From Lama glama (lineage: Eukaryota), in the NCBI GenBank assembly GCA_028534125.1, contig CM052816.1, positions 5,024,001-5,088,000 on the forward strand: DNA of 64,000 nt, read 5' to 3'. This document shows positions 35,801 through 46,800 of the stretch, piece by piece. The translations under genes and the position numbers were made by a program. Numbering within the stretch: position 1 is the first letter of the stretch; each line of letters begins with the position of its first letter. Below the pieces are notes generated by a model, which saw only the letters and a list, made by a program, of their open reading frames with translations, searched no databases and was not told where the DNA came from.

Positions 35801-38800
35801 GGGGCAATTTGATTCAACATAGTAAACGTAATAAACTGAAATAAACAAAACGTTTGATTCTATAATTTTGTAATGACACTGACACTGAAAGAAAAAAACA
35901 AACACACACCTGGCTGTTCACCTCTGATGGTTATCAGGGATCTGCTCGTAATTCTGAAAGCTGGTTAACGAAGGGAAAGATCAAGCACTTATCTGCCCGT
36001 TCTATACAAACTATATACTTCTTGGTAACCAAACAGTGGATAAGGCAAAGTGCTTCCTTAAGGAGGTAGTCATGGTCCCACAAGTGTAACAAATGAAGAC
36101 TGGAAGAATACAACCATTTTCAGTCCCCACTGAAGAAACAGGCAATGACTGTCGACAGCAGCTTGTATGGCAAAAGAGAGAACCAGGCGGAGCACTATGC
36201 ACCACCTGAGAGAATGTATCACTACCTCGAAGTATTCTTGACGAGGAGGAGAAAAACAAAACAAAACAAAAAGCAACCAAAACCAGAATCTTATCAGGCC
36301 TCTCAATTACCAATTTACAAAAAATGTGGAGTACAGAAGCTGTGAAATGACACCACTGAGACCTAAGGAAAATTCTACAAAATACACAATCCAGCATAGT
36401 CAAATCACAAACTGCAAGGAAAAAGAGGGGGAGGAGGAGACGTAGTAAGATAATGTATTAGTCTTATTTGGATCCTGATTATCATAAACTACTAAAACAA
36501 AATTTTTAAAAGTGGGGTGAATTTGCAACTGATTAAATATTTATTAAAGAATTATTAGTATTTTTACATGTGATAATGATACTATAATTTTTTTTAACAA
36601 GTACTTATCTTATAGAGATAGGTATATTTTTAAAACAGGTCTTATCTTTTAGAGATAGGTACCGAAATATGGATGAAATGTCAGGTTACCAGAGACTTCT
36701 TCGAAGTAGTTTGGGAGAGGAAACAAACAAGGAGATAGATGGAATAAGACTGACCATGAACTGTTAATTGCCGAGGCTGGGTGTTGGGCTCATTACAGCA
36801 TTCTGTCTACTTCTGTAAATTTTCCATGTCTGAAATTTTCCATAATATAAGGGGGAGGGGGAGAAAGAGAGAGAAGAAGGGATGGAGGGAGGGAGGGAGA
36901 GAGAGGGGCTGGCCAAGCCTTGGAACCTTAGCATAAGTAATCAGATGGAGACTCCTCCAGGGTTTTCTGCCTTGGCCCAAATTCCAGGTCCGTTAAGTAA
37001 AGACCTTTCTTTCCCCCTGCATCCCTGCCCCAGGGAGGGAGACATACCGCAAAGATGAGTGAGATGTCAGTGGTGAGGGCCTGCACTCGATGGAAGGAAG
37101 CAATAAGAGTGATGGGAAGGAAACCGTCAGCATCCATCTTCCGACGCAGGAAGAAGTCTCGCTCTAAATTGTCCACGCTGAAGTAGTACTCACTAGGTGG
37201 AGGGGAGAAGATGCAGGACTGCTTCATCATTTATGAATACTCCTTCCTTGTTCCATACATTCCAGAAATCTCACAGAGCCTCTGACCAACCCTGGCCCTA
37301 CACACTCAGTCTTTAGGGCTGCAAAGAGATGATGTTATCCTTTCCTGGCTCCCTAACCTTGGGTCAAACCATTTCCTCTCCCCTTCAGCCTCTTTGTATA
37401 TACCTTGTAAGCGCCTCACTCTCCTTTAAAAGCCAGTTTCAATACTGTTGGTCACTTTCTCTTCTGCTCCTAAAACACTTATCACACTTTACTATAATTA
37501 TCTATTTCTTTGCCTGGCTCCCCCTGGATTTGAGAGACAATACATTGGCGAGGTCAGGAGCTAAGGTTTTGTAAATCAGAGAGAAATGGACTCAGATCTG
37601 TGCCCTGTCACTTACCAGTTGAGCAAGTTACTGAGCCTGTTTGCTCATCTATAAAAAGTGGATAAGACCCAGCTCACAGGAATTAGGTAGATAACTACAG
37701 GATTAAATAAGAGAATGCCTGTAAAGCACTTAGCACCGAGCCTCTCCAACAGCGAGCACTTGCAGCACTCTTGACAACACTGCTGTTTCGAAGAAAGGCA
37801 TAAAGCAGGGTAGAACCAGGCATTTCTTCCTCCTTTTTATCAGTGGTAATTTCTAAATTTCTTAAAGGTGACATTATTTCTGTAGTCAACATTAAATTTA
37901 TGAAAAACTGGCTTGAAAGGCAGGAGAAAGTTATCTTTTTCAACTCCAGCCGGAGGCAGGCAACTGCTGCCAGCAGCAGAAAGGCCTACCCAGCCCCACT
38001 CTGCCCGGCTGCCCTCCTCGGGCAGTCCCCAACCTCACCCACACTTCCAGGAAGAAGGTTCCTGTCCACTCACATCTGGCGTTTGATGTAGTCTTTGAGC
38101 AGCTCCTGGTCCACGCTGTAGAGCTCAGTGCTGCTGACATTGTCAAAGTAGTAGGTGATGTTGTTCATGTACTTGGGGGTGCGAGGCCCCTCTGCACCAT
38201 CAAACTTTCGGTAGCCAAACTGGTAGTCAAAATGGGCTACGGGGGAAACGGGCCCTATGAGGGAGAGAAGACCCCTGCCCACCACCCCGCCTCACTCCCT
38301 CGGACATCCCGGAGCCCAAAGGGGCCTCACGTACTTCGAGTGCCACCCCGGCCGCGTCCCCGGCCACGACCACGCCCCCGTCCACGGCCACGGAAGGAAG
38401 CCCGCGCCCCACCAGCCCCATCACTCTTCACACTCGATGTCTCATCCTGGTCGTGCCAGGCAGGCTCCGATTTGGTCTCTGGTTGCCAGGCTGGGGTGGG
38501 GGGGGCCACGGGCACAGGCACGTAGGTGGCAGGTTCAGACCCTAAAGGGAGAGGGGCACCAGGTCAGGGTTGAGGGTGACTCCCACACCCAGGCCCTCCA
38601 TAGTGGGAGAGGCAGACCTTTGATCTCCCCACGGTTGGCAGGCGTGTGTCGTGGCTCCGGCGGGCGAACAGGGCGCGAGACCAATTTCTCTCTGGGCACT
38701 TCAGGCTTCATGTCTATTTGCAATGGAACCCATTTGTGTTTGTTCCCTGGAGGACAGCACGAGCATGAGAGAGGCTTGAAGGAGAGGTCCATCCTGTATA

Positions 38801-41119
38801 TCCCTAACCCCAACCCTTCTGCCTCTCCAGGGCTTCACGCCTGAATCACCACCAGGTGACCCTGGGCAAATTCCTTTCCCTCACTGGACCTCATCATGAT
38901 GGACACTCCTGGTGGACTCCCAACATCAATGTCTCCAGGGCCAGAGAGCCCCCTTCGGAGCCAGACACATGGCTCCCCAGAATCAAGACTGCACCTCCAG
39001 GCTCCCTTAGAGACATGTCGAAATTCTGCCCAGTAGAGCCACGTGGAAGTACTTAACTCCAGGGTAAGTCCCTAAAAGGCAAGGAGCTACTCTCCCCTTT
39101 CCCCATCTTGCTAGGTGGAGTGAGCCATCTGGGATGAGAAAAGCCAACACACAGCAAGATAAAGGAATCAAAGAACTGCCATTCTAGGCCTGGTCTACTT
39201 CCACTGAGCTCACAGGTGAGAGAAACAACCTTCCATCTTGGTTAAACCACTGTTACTTTGGATCTGCAAGAGAGCAGCCAAACCTGTACCATTATGGTAC
39301 ATTTCAGCCAGAGCAACGGGAACTCCTGTCTTTAAGTGAAATGGAACATGGAACAGTAATATATCAAAATAAAGAATAATCTGAGGTGGGGACCTCTGTT
39401 TTATGTGCTGTTAGAGCCCCAGTGCAGAGAACAGGGCTTATCAAATGCTTGTTACAGAAGAGAAGGAACTAACAGACAGACAGGTGAAGTCAAGCCTGCC
39501 AGCTGAGGGGCCCAAACCAGCCTCCGAAGGACTTCTTGAGGGCTCCTGAGATTGCTCCAGCAGCCCCCGGGTTCTGATGTTCCCAGTCCTGTCCTGCCAC
39601 CTTCACCCAAGTCCTGCTCCAAGTCACTCACCTTTCTTCTTCTGCCCTCCTCGCTGGCAGTCCTCGTCCCCATTCTTCTCCTCCCCTGATTCGTCCGATT
39701 TGGTTTTCGGGCTCTCTTTACTTTCGTTCCCCTCTCCTTTCTCCTGTTCTTTCATGTCCTTTTTGGGTGGCAGTTTGCGGGCAGGCTGAGACTTGTGGGG
39801 CTGTGGCTGCAAAGAGAAGTAGAGGAACAGGGAGGGGAGGTGAGTCTGAGAGTTTCTTGGGATGGGAGGGAAGGGAGCTCCCTGTCACTGGAAGGACAGG
39901 GTAGAGGAGCTGGAGCATGTGATGGGATGTTGGCCTGAACATACTGTAAGGTCCTATTTTCACGCTTGAGATGCTTTCACTGGAGAGAGTAGTCAGAGGC
40001 AGGAGGTGGAAGACAACCTGTCTCTCCAGCTTCCTTAGGTCTAAGTGACAGAGGCAATTCCCAGGACAGAGGGGCTGTAGCCCTCAATGGCCAGCTGTTT
40101 ACTCCCTACAATAGGACCACACAGTCCAGGTCATCTGTGGCATGGAGGAGATGCTGGCCCCTGGCCTGTCCACACCAACTCTGGGAACTGAAGGCCAGAG
40201 GCCAGAGCTGCTGAGGGACCTAGGCCCAGAGGAAGAGGACTAACCAGGAATCCATATTCTGGTACAGCTCAGGCGAGCTATATATATGCTTCCCCATGAC
40301 CTGTGGTCTGGAGGTGGGCATCTGGCTTAATGACCACTCTCCTGTTTCACTCACAGGCAATCCAAGTGTAGTGATGGAGAACACAAGCTTTGGAACAACA
40401 CACCTAACTTCCAATCCCCACTTGGCCATCGAGGGCTAGTAATTAACCTCCCCCGCCTCAAGGGCTTCATCTGTAAAACAGAAATTACTGAAGGACCTAT
40501 CCAGGAGTCACTGAGGGTTAGACAAAATGATGAACAGACAGCACTTGACAGTCCCTGACACACAGAGAGGGTTCAAAGTGGATGATTCTTAGCTATTTTA
40601 ATGTTGATACAGTACCAACCACTCCTCTTAAAAAACTGAGAAAGGTAAGACCTGAGGTTCTGAAAGCTTGAGGCCAAACACGTACATGTACATATACTTC
40701 AAAGCTGCCCGTCCCTCCCCACAGACTCACCTGCACACTCTTGTGGGCTATCTCTCCAGGCGTTGGCCAGTTGATTGCATCTCCAAAGTCACCAACCTGC
40801 AAGGCACATTCTGTGAGGACCCCAGGGTAACCCTGCCTCCACCGTTCAGCCCCTCATTGAAAATACAGCTCCACTGAGATAAAAGGCCAAAATCAGCCTA
40901 GCCACTAGAACCATTCACAATGAAGGCTCAGAAGAGGGACCCCTGCTATTTAGAGAGAACGCAGAACAACCTCAAGGCCCAGAAGTACTTGATACGACAG
41001 AAAAGAGGCTACCCACCTCCAGGAAGTCCCCCTGGGTTGGCAACCCCCATTTCTTACCTTGCTTCCTTTTCGCTGTTTAGGAACTGCTGCCCTCACCACC
41101 TTGGCCGGAGCAGAATGCT
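23626..41119 (-). CDS. LARP1: LARP1 (La-related protein 1), 5'-partial spliced CDS, 18 exons, 2867 nt; first exon outside the window
   Basis: Exons translate to recognisable LARP1: RG repeat, La motif ([25 protein letters not shown]), PAM2 ([13 protein letters not shown]) and DM15 region ([38 protein letters not shown]). All junctions are GT-AG and phase-consistent through to TGA at 23626. Confidence 0.97.
25333..25460 (-). CDS. LARP1: LARP1 in-window exon 17, DM15 ([42 protein letters not shown])
   Basis: cctgcAG acceptor; GAT|GTGAGT donor; 128 nt. Confidence 0.96.
25640..25749 (-). CDS. LARP1: LARP1 in-window exon 16, DM15 ([36 protein letters not shown])
   Basis: cctacAG acceptor; CTG|GTAAGA donor; 110 nt. 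Confidence 0.96.
26016..26124. mobile_element. MER58-like hAT MITE fragment
   Basis: gcagagtttgagtagctacgacagagacc...aagcctaaaat...aagtttgccaatccctg. Confidence 0.65.
26170..27220 (+). mobile_element. Old L1M 3' fragments (degenerate)
   Basis: AT-rich, with L1M-type motifs (aagcagccaaagtatctattaataggaga, ttaagtgaaaaagcaa). Confidence 0.55.
27318..27462 (-). CDS. LARP1: LARP1 in-window exon 15, DM15 ([47 protein letters not shown])
   Basis: ccatcAG acceptor; CAG|GTGAGT donor; 145 nt; not in the ORF track, read manually. Confidence 0.95.
27880..28915 (+). mobile_element. L1 3' portion (L1M-type), antisense to LARP1
   Basis: acaaatggccaataagcac, aatgtccatcaactgatgaatggataaacaaaatgtggtatatccata; terminal tgaattatatctcaataaagct. 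Confidence 0.9.
29150..29353 (+). mobile_element. MER58-like hAT-Charlie MITE
   Basis: TIR-like caggggtcagcaa...ggcaacccct; internal taaatattttaggctttgcaggtcacat. Confidence 0.8.
29697..29848 (-). CDS. LARP1: LARP1 in-window exon 14 ([50 protein letters not shown])
   Basis: ctctctAG acceptor; ACG|GTAAGA donor; 152 nt. Confidence 0.95.
30673..30779 (-). CDS. LARP1: LARP1 in-window exon 13 ([35 protein letters not shown])
   Basis: ctctgcAG acceptor; CAG|GTACGG donor; 107 nt. Confidence 0.95.
31223..31428 (-). CDS. LARP1: LARP1 in-window exon 12 ([30 protein letters not shown]...RTLDAK)
   Basis: ttggcAG acceptor; AAG|GTGAGG donor; 206 nt. Confidence 0.95.
31553..31676 (-). CDS. LARP1: LARP1 in-window exon 11 ([25 protein letters not shown]...PRFQQ)
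   Basis: ctctgcAG acceptor; AAG|GTGAGA donor; 124 nt. Confidence 0.95.
32108..32427 (-). mobile_element. 5'-truncated L1 3' end with TSD
   Basis: tttacaatgttgtgtcaatttctggtgtacagc L1 3'UTR motif; flanks gaagcagtg(a)ctttttt at 32091 and 32428. Confidence 0.85.
32839..33231 (-). CDS. LARP1: LARP1 in-window exon 10 (KSEEPRF...[10 protein letters not shown]...[23 protein letters not shown])
   Basis: attatAG acceptor; AAG|GTGAGG donor; 393 nt. Confidence 0.95.
33687..33856 (-). CDS. LARP1: LARP1 in-window exon 9 ([11 protein letters not shown]...[29 protein letters not shown])
   Basis: ccttcAG acceptor; AAG|GTGGGT donor; 170 nt. Confidence 0.95.
33973..34147 (-). CDS. LARP1: LARP1 in-window exon 8 ([17 protein letters not shown]...[21 protein letters not shown]), includes PAM2
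   Basis: ttgcAG acceptor; CAG|GTAGGC donor; 175 nt. Confidence 0.95.
34330..36850 (+). mobile_element. Degenerate old L1 (L1MC/ME-like) fragments
   Basis: gccatcccacttctagaaatctac, ggaataagactgaccatgaactgttaattg, tgaaattttccataata motifs; boundaries approximate. Confidence 0.65.
37048..37192 (-). CDS. LARP1: LARP1 in-window exon 7, La motif ([48 protein letters not shown])
   Basis: cacctAG acceptor; GCG|GTATGT donor; 145 nt. Confidence 0.96.
37575..37755 (+). mobile_element. MIR SINE
   Basis: gagcaagttac..gagcctgtttgctcatctataaaa..ggattaaataaga..tgtaaagcacttagcac. Confidence 0.7.
38074..38236 (-). CDS. LARP1: LARP1 in-window exon 6 ([13 protein letters not shown]...[10 protein letters not shown])
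   Basis: cccgtAG acceptor; GAT|GTGAGT donor; 163 nt. Confidence 0.95.
38335..38541 (-). CDS. LARP1: LARP1 in-window exon 5 ([14 protein letters not shown]...[19 protein letters not shown]), RG-repeat exon
   Basis: cctttAG acceptor; GAA|GTACGT donor; 207 nt. Confidence 0.93.
38618..38746 (-). CDS. LARP1: LARP1 in-window exon 4 ([20 protein letters not shown]...GEIK)
   Basis: ctccAG acceptor; AAG|GTCTGC donor; 129 nt. Confidence 0.93.
39080..39290 (+). mobile_element. MLT1-like (MaLR) LTR fragment
   Basis: gtgagagaaacaacc...ggttaaaccactgttactttgg...gcagccaaac resembles MLT1 3' ends. Confidence 0.5.
39632..39806 (-). CDS. LARP1: LARP1 in-window exon 3 ([21 protein letters not shown]...GGQKKKG)
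   Basis: ctttgcAG acceptor; AAG|GTGAGT donor; 175 nt. Confidence 0.94.
40731..40796 (-). CDS. LARP1: LARP1 in-window exon 2 ([22 protein letters not shown])
   Basis: ttgcAG acceptor; CAG|GTGAGT donor; 66 nt. Confidence 0.94.
41058..41119 (-). CDS. LARP1: LARP1 in-window exon 1 ([21 protein letters not shown])
   Basis: cccgcAG acceptor; AAG|GTAAGA donor; 62 nt. Confidence 0.92.
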
Positions 41120-44100
41120 CTGCGGGAACAAGAAGGGAGAGATGGTTATGCAAAGCCTGTGGGAGGAAGCCACCACCAGCACCTCACCCTCATCACCACC
41201 CCACTCCACCAAGCAATCTGCAGGTTCCCAAAGGAGGAAAACATGGTGGAAATGGGAAGGGCACGTGCTCAAACTCCAGTATCAAGTTTACCAGCGTCTT
41301 TCTGAAGAAATCATGGAAAGTAAAATCACAGCAACAGCCAGCAGCCAAATCCCCAGTCAACTTGGAAGACTCTCACAGCTCTATACCCTCTTGTGAAAAA
41401 GGGACTAAAGCCAGGAGAAGGTAAGTCCATGGCAGACTGAATCCATGCCAGGGTTAGCTGTGTAATTCAGAGCTCCCGAATCATAGCTGATTCCACAAAG
41501 GAAAAGGCCCTCTCAGGCTCTAACATTCTAGAAGTCTCTGTATAAGCAGACTTGGGAAGGCAAGATAAGAACCCTAAGCTGGCAATCAAGAATTCAAGGG
41601 ACCTCTTCCAAGCTCCCCCATGCCAGGGCCAGCTCTGTCTGTCCTCAGTGACCTTGTGGTCAACGGAAGGGTGAGCCATTCAAAGAAGATATGCTTGCCT
41701 TCCAAGTTTCCAAAGAAAAAGTGAGACCTCATGCTGACTCAATGGTTCCACTGTTAGGAATTCATCCTAATGATACAAATTAGACAAGTGTTTAGGGTTA
41801 TGTGCAAAGATGTCCAAAGTGCTATTCATAATTCAAAATACTGAAAACAACCTTTATGTCCAACAGTAGGGGGAACTGGTTAAATAAAGTTAAACCATTT
41901 TTAGTGGTCATAAAAAGATAATCATATCTACTGATACGAAAAGATAAATACAATAAACAAGAAAAGTTCTAATTTTTTTTGTAAAACAAATTGAAAATGT
42001 ATACATACACATACACACAGTAGGAACTCCGGAAGGACACATAAACAAGCATTACCGGGAGTTAAATAATACGTTTACAGTGATTTAACTGTGTTTGGGA
42101 TTCTCCAGTAGTTTCAACAAGAACAGACAGGGGCTTTTTAAAAAGAAAAAAAAAAATTTTTTTTAAAGGAAGTGGCTCTAATAGGTCTGGTCCTTTCTAC
42201 ACCTACATTTGTTTTTCCAAATTGCTTCTGAAGACCCAGAGCTTCAGCAACACTCCTCCCTGAGACCCATGGGGAAATGCCAGGGCGCTCTGCTCATCCA
42301 CTGCTCTCCCATCACCTTGCCTCCACTGTTGACCAGCCGTGCCAGGGCAAGAGCTGCCCGCAGTTCCCGAGCAGAGAAATTTGTCCAGCTGGTCTCAAAA
42401 GGAATGTTCTATTCCTTTACCAGACACATGTTCCCTTAATGAGCAGAGAGTCCTTGCCTCACTCCTAACTATGAGGCCACTGCGTTCTTGGCTTCCACCC
42501 CATACCAGAGCCACTGCACCCTCTAGACACCCCACATGCCAGAAGAGAGCAGGAGCTCTGTAACCCAGCCCACAGCACCCCCATCCCCAGTGCTGGGCAG
42601 TGGAGAACCAGAAAATCTCAGTCCCAGGAGGATGGAGTCCTTAGGCCCAGGGAGCCACTTACTCCATGCTGATATTCTTGCTAATCCTGGGCTGGCCCAG
42701 AGAAGTCTAATACCACCCAGTCCCCTGACCAGGACCCGGCAGAGGCAGCCATTAGAGGATGATCTTCCTCAGCTACACAGGAGCTATGGCCATAATCACT
42801 TCTCTAGGGACCCATTCTCCAGCCCCCAACAACACTCCCTGCATGCTACCAGGACAAGAGCAGGCCAAAAGGCCCACAACATCAAGGTCATCAACAAGAG
42901 CTGGAAAGGGGAATCAGGTTCAGAGGGCAAGGTGTTCCTGAAAACTACCGGAAAAGGTTTAAGGCAACGTTTCTCAAGTCACTGTCTATTTTTTCTAATA
43001 AAATTTTTTTCAAAATTGGGAAGAATTAGATCCTGTCATCACCCTGCCTGACATTTTGTTCACCACAATCACAAAGGGACATGGTAAAGTATTAAAGTTC
43101 AGTCTTCAAACAATGGGAGCACACTACTGCCACTAAAAGACCCCACTGATTCCCCAGTCCTCCGTTAAACCTAAGCTGACCAGGGTATGTGGCCAGTCTG
43201 GGCACACACAGGAAAATCCTTCCATTAGCCCAGTGTGAAGTCTGCTGAAAAAGCCTCACCTCCCTCTGTCCCCAGGACCCACAGCGCCCTGCTCTGCTCC
43301 GCTTCCAGCCAGGGCCTCAGGCTGCCCCTGCTCCAGGGAAGAACTTCCCCAGCGAGACAGAAAATTCCTCCAGGGACAGAGAACTACTTCTGCCTTTAAG
43401 CAAAAATCTCTACATCTGTTAAAATTCTGTGGGGCCTTAAAAAAAATTCTGTGGGGCCTAGGGGAACCCAGGAAGGCTCAGCTGAGCTGCTGTCAGGACT
43501 TGAGGAAGGCTGGAAAAAAGACCAGGTTTCCTGACTTCAATTACACATCCCTTTCTGGGTTCCCTCCCAATCACCCACCGTACACAGAGTATAGATCACA
43601 ATATACAGGGTCTGGCATCTGAAATGGCTCCCAGTGAAAACCAATCCTTTGTGCAAGGTGCCAGCCCCTACGTCCAGCACCATCCCAGAACATCAGAGGA
43701 CAAGCCCCCCTCCTCCCACACCTCTGGTAGCCTGAAGCTCGTGCCAGTCGCCACTGACCCAAGCCCAGCTCAGGAAACACTCCACTCACCACCCTGCACC
43801 TGCCCAAGAAAACAGATGTAGAATGTCTGAGCAGCAAAAAGGACCATGGTTCTAAGCCTCTTTGTTTGCAGATAGGGAACTCAAGCCCCCAAGGGGAAGG
43901 GGTTTCCCCAGGGAAGAGCCAGGATGGGAGCTAGAAGCCTCAACTCCCTTTGTCCAGTGTGCCTTCCAGCTCACCAGAAATCCTAGTGTCCACTGGTGGG
44001 CAAATGCTGCAGCCTTAGGGTACTTTCCTGGTAAGGAGTCACTGACGGCAGGGGAGAGAGAGGCAGAAGTGTGGTGAGGTGGGCCCTAGGTGAGGCCCAG

Positions 44101-45323
44101 CATTTCAGGGGAGCAGGATGGCAGACAGAGGCTCTATGAGTGTCTTCCTCCCCAACCAAGGCAAGTCAAGGGCTACCGGGCACATGGGAAAGGAGAAAAG
44201 CCACTTTCTGTCCCACAAGACCGCTGTCAGCCAAGAGCCAGTACTGGCTGTAGTTCCAGGGGGTCAAGGGGCTTCCTAAAAACACATGCACTTGTGTATT
44301 AAATGAAGCACCCCAGAACTTCCATGTGCAGTCGGGGGTTGGGGGAGAGGCCAGGAAACTTTTCGTGAAGCTCTGACTGGCAAACTCAGTATTTTCACTC
44401 CAGACTGACAGTGGTGGGGAGCAGGAGACCTAAACCATTCCGAGATGATGAGAAACAAGGGGCAGAAGGTGGGGGCTGAGGGGTAGCAGGGCAGAAGGGA
44501 CTCAGTGGGGTAGTGACAGCAAGGAGGGCAGCTCCCCTGGAAAGCGGGGGTGGTACCACACCACTTCGACTGTCTAACCTCTGGGATTCTGTCTCTATGT
44601 GCCTTAACTTCCAAGTGTGTGATACCCCTTCATTCAAACAATGTGCAGGAAAGCAATACAGCCCACAGTGAAGCGTGTGGACTTTGTTATCTGACTTGGT
44701 TTGGAGTCACTACTCACTCTACCCTGCGCAGAGCCCCTATGAACTTAAGTCTCCTCATCTGTAAAACTGATGTCATAATGATCTCACAGGGCTGCTTTGA
44801 CTATTAAATGAACAGAGCATAGTAAGAATGCCCAGCACACAGTGAATGCTCAATAAATGCTATCACAATTCAAATTCACAAAGGAAGTTTCTTAATATTT
44901 TCCAAGCAATCCCCATCCTCATCGATAAAAAAAAAACCCATCAAACTATGTCTCAATGTGAAAAAGATTAGTGGGTGAGAAAAAAAGTCTTGGAGATCAG
45001 CTGGCTCAATTCACTGATTCCGATCACAAATGAGCCCTCCTGTCCCCACAGCGCCTGGCTCTTCTTCCGGACACTGCCCTCCAGGGACAGCCTAGACCAG
45101 GGCAGGTCTTCCCAAGCAGGCTTTGGCACAAACCCCTGCCACACTAGAGAGGAAAGAAGGGAAGCGGGAAGGCCTGGGGTTCTCCTTCAGTTGGAGAAAT
45201 TTAGTCACTCCCTATTTTACTCAGCACGGAAGAGGAAGAGAGCCAGCCCCAAGGAGTCTCTCAGCCTACAAACGGGCTAACCCCATAAACACACGGTACA
45301 GAGCTAGGTAAAAACATCCAGTA

Positions 45324-45479
45324 CAGCTGACCCTTGAAAAACACAGAGGTTAGGGGGTGCCGACCCCACCCCCAAGCAGTCAAAGACCAACACTATGTAG
45401 TACTGTTTTTACAACTGAAAAAAAAACCTGCTTAAGTGGACCTGCACAATTCAAGGCGGTGTTGTTCAAAGGTCAGTTG
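45324..45479. mobile_element. Tigger2/MER8-like Tc1-mariner MITE
   Basis: TIRs cagctgacccttgaaaaaca / tgttgttcaaaggtcagttg, flanked by TA on both sides. Confidence 0.85.
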
Positions 45480-46604
45480 TACTTTCTATATTGCTTGTTC
45501 TGGAAAGATCCTAAACTGCTGAGCTTTTAAAAAAAGAAAAAAAGCTGCCCAGAAGGGCCAGATCTAGGAGGTCCAGTGAGCAAGGACCTGGATAACCAGT
45601 GGGAAACTAGTGAAGGATTTTAGGGGGAGAAGGCACATGGGTGAGTCAAGCTCATCAGGTTGTGGTGATAAGAACTGGTAACGGAAAGACAAGAACTGGA
45701 AATGAAACTGAGGGACAAGTATGGGTGCCGAGTAAGAAGGGGCTGGGCTAGATGGGGGAAGGCCTGTAGGACTGAGGGGCTGGCTGGAGGGAACTGCTAG
45801 ATTTCAGGCCTTAGTGCCAGGAGAACAAGGAAGGCCAAACATCTACTTCGGGGCTGGTACCATCTCCTGGAGATTGGTGAGGTACCTGAAAAGGCTGGGT
45901 TTACCCTGATTACAAAGAACTTCTACCTTGGGGAACAAGGTAACTTGTTAGGCTTAGGGGCAGCATTCCTTGAGTCCTTAATCACCCATCTGGTGCCCAT
46001 ACCTGACCATTAGGTTGGCCTTCTTGGGGGAGCCCTCCAGATCCCAGGAGAAGTGCCAAAGGCTCTGTGCTTTCACTGCATTGTTAGCTGCCTGGTTAAC
46101 CCACATCCCACCCCAATATGCAGGGGCACAGGCAGCTTCAGAGCAGGGAACAGGGTGCTTTCACCGCAGTGATCTCGATGTCTAGCTCAGGGCAACACTG
46201 CTGACATTTGTTTAGTGAATGGCATTCACACACCCATCTCTAGGATTTCACATCAAAGAAAAGAAGCTTTGCTTTCTAAGCGCTAGTTCCTGAGGCTATG
46301 GTCTCAATCCTCTCTGCCTTCAACCAGAGCTCCCCTCTAGGCAGAGAGGGCGGGGTTCCCTGAGGAATCCATGCCCCAGCCCTGCCTTGACTCTAGAAGC
46401 AACGGATTACTGGGTCCTAGTCCAGACTCATCAGTTGTAAAACCCTGGTGACAATACCCACCACCCTCCCCGGGCCTCACTTTCCTCAACTGAACAAAAG
46501 GTTTATCGTGGTTAGAAGTAGAGGGGAGAGAGGGCAAGATCTCAGGCACTGAGATCATCAAAGCAGAAACAATGCTAGCAACAAGCTGCGGTTGTGATAG
46601 CACT

Positions 46605-46800
46605 AACGGAATAAGCACTTACTAGATGTCATGCACTGTCCTAACGCTGAGTTAGTTCCTCTAATTGGTCTCATTCTACAAATGAGGAAACTAAGGCTCA
46701 TACTGGAAAGGTTATTCACTAAGATTACAGACAGCAAGCAATAGAATAGGATTTGAAGCCAAGTAATCTGACTCTAAAACCCGTGCTCTCAACCACTAGG
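46605..46800 (-). mobile_element. MIR SINE
   Basis: cattctacaaatgaggaaactaaggctca...ggatttgaagccaagtaatctgactctaaaacccgtgctctcaaccact. Confidence 0.75.

Noticed and set aside
38257..38844. 195-aa + strand ORF and the overlapping poly-PR ORF 38232..38525
   Set aside because: Antisense shadows of GC-rich LARP1 exons and the RG repeat; no independent promoter or splice evidence.
42536..43051. 171-aa + strand ORF in LARP1 intron
   Set aside because: No recognisable homology or supporting gene structure; consistent with a random ORF.
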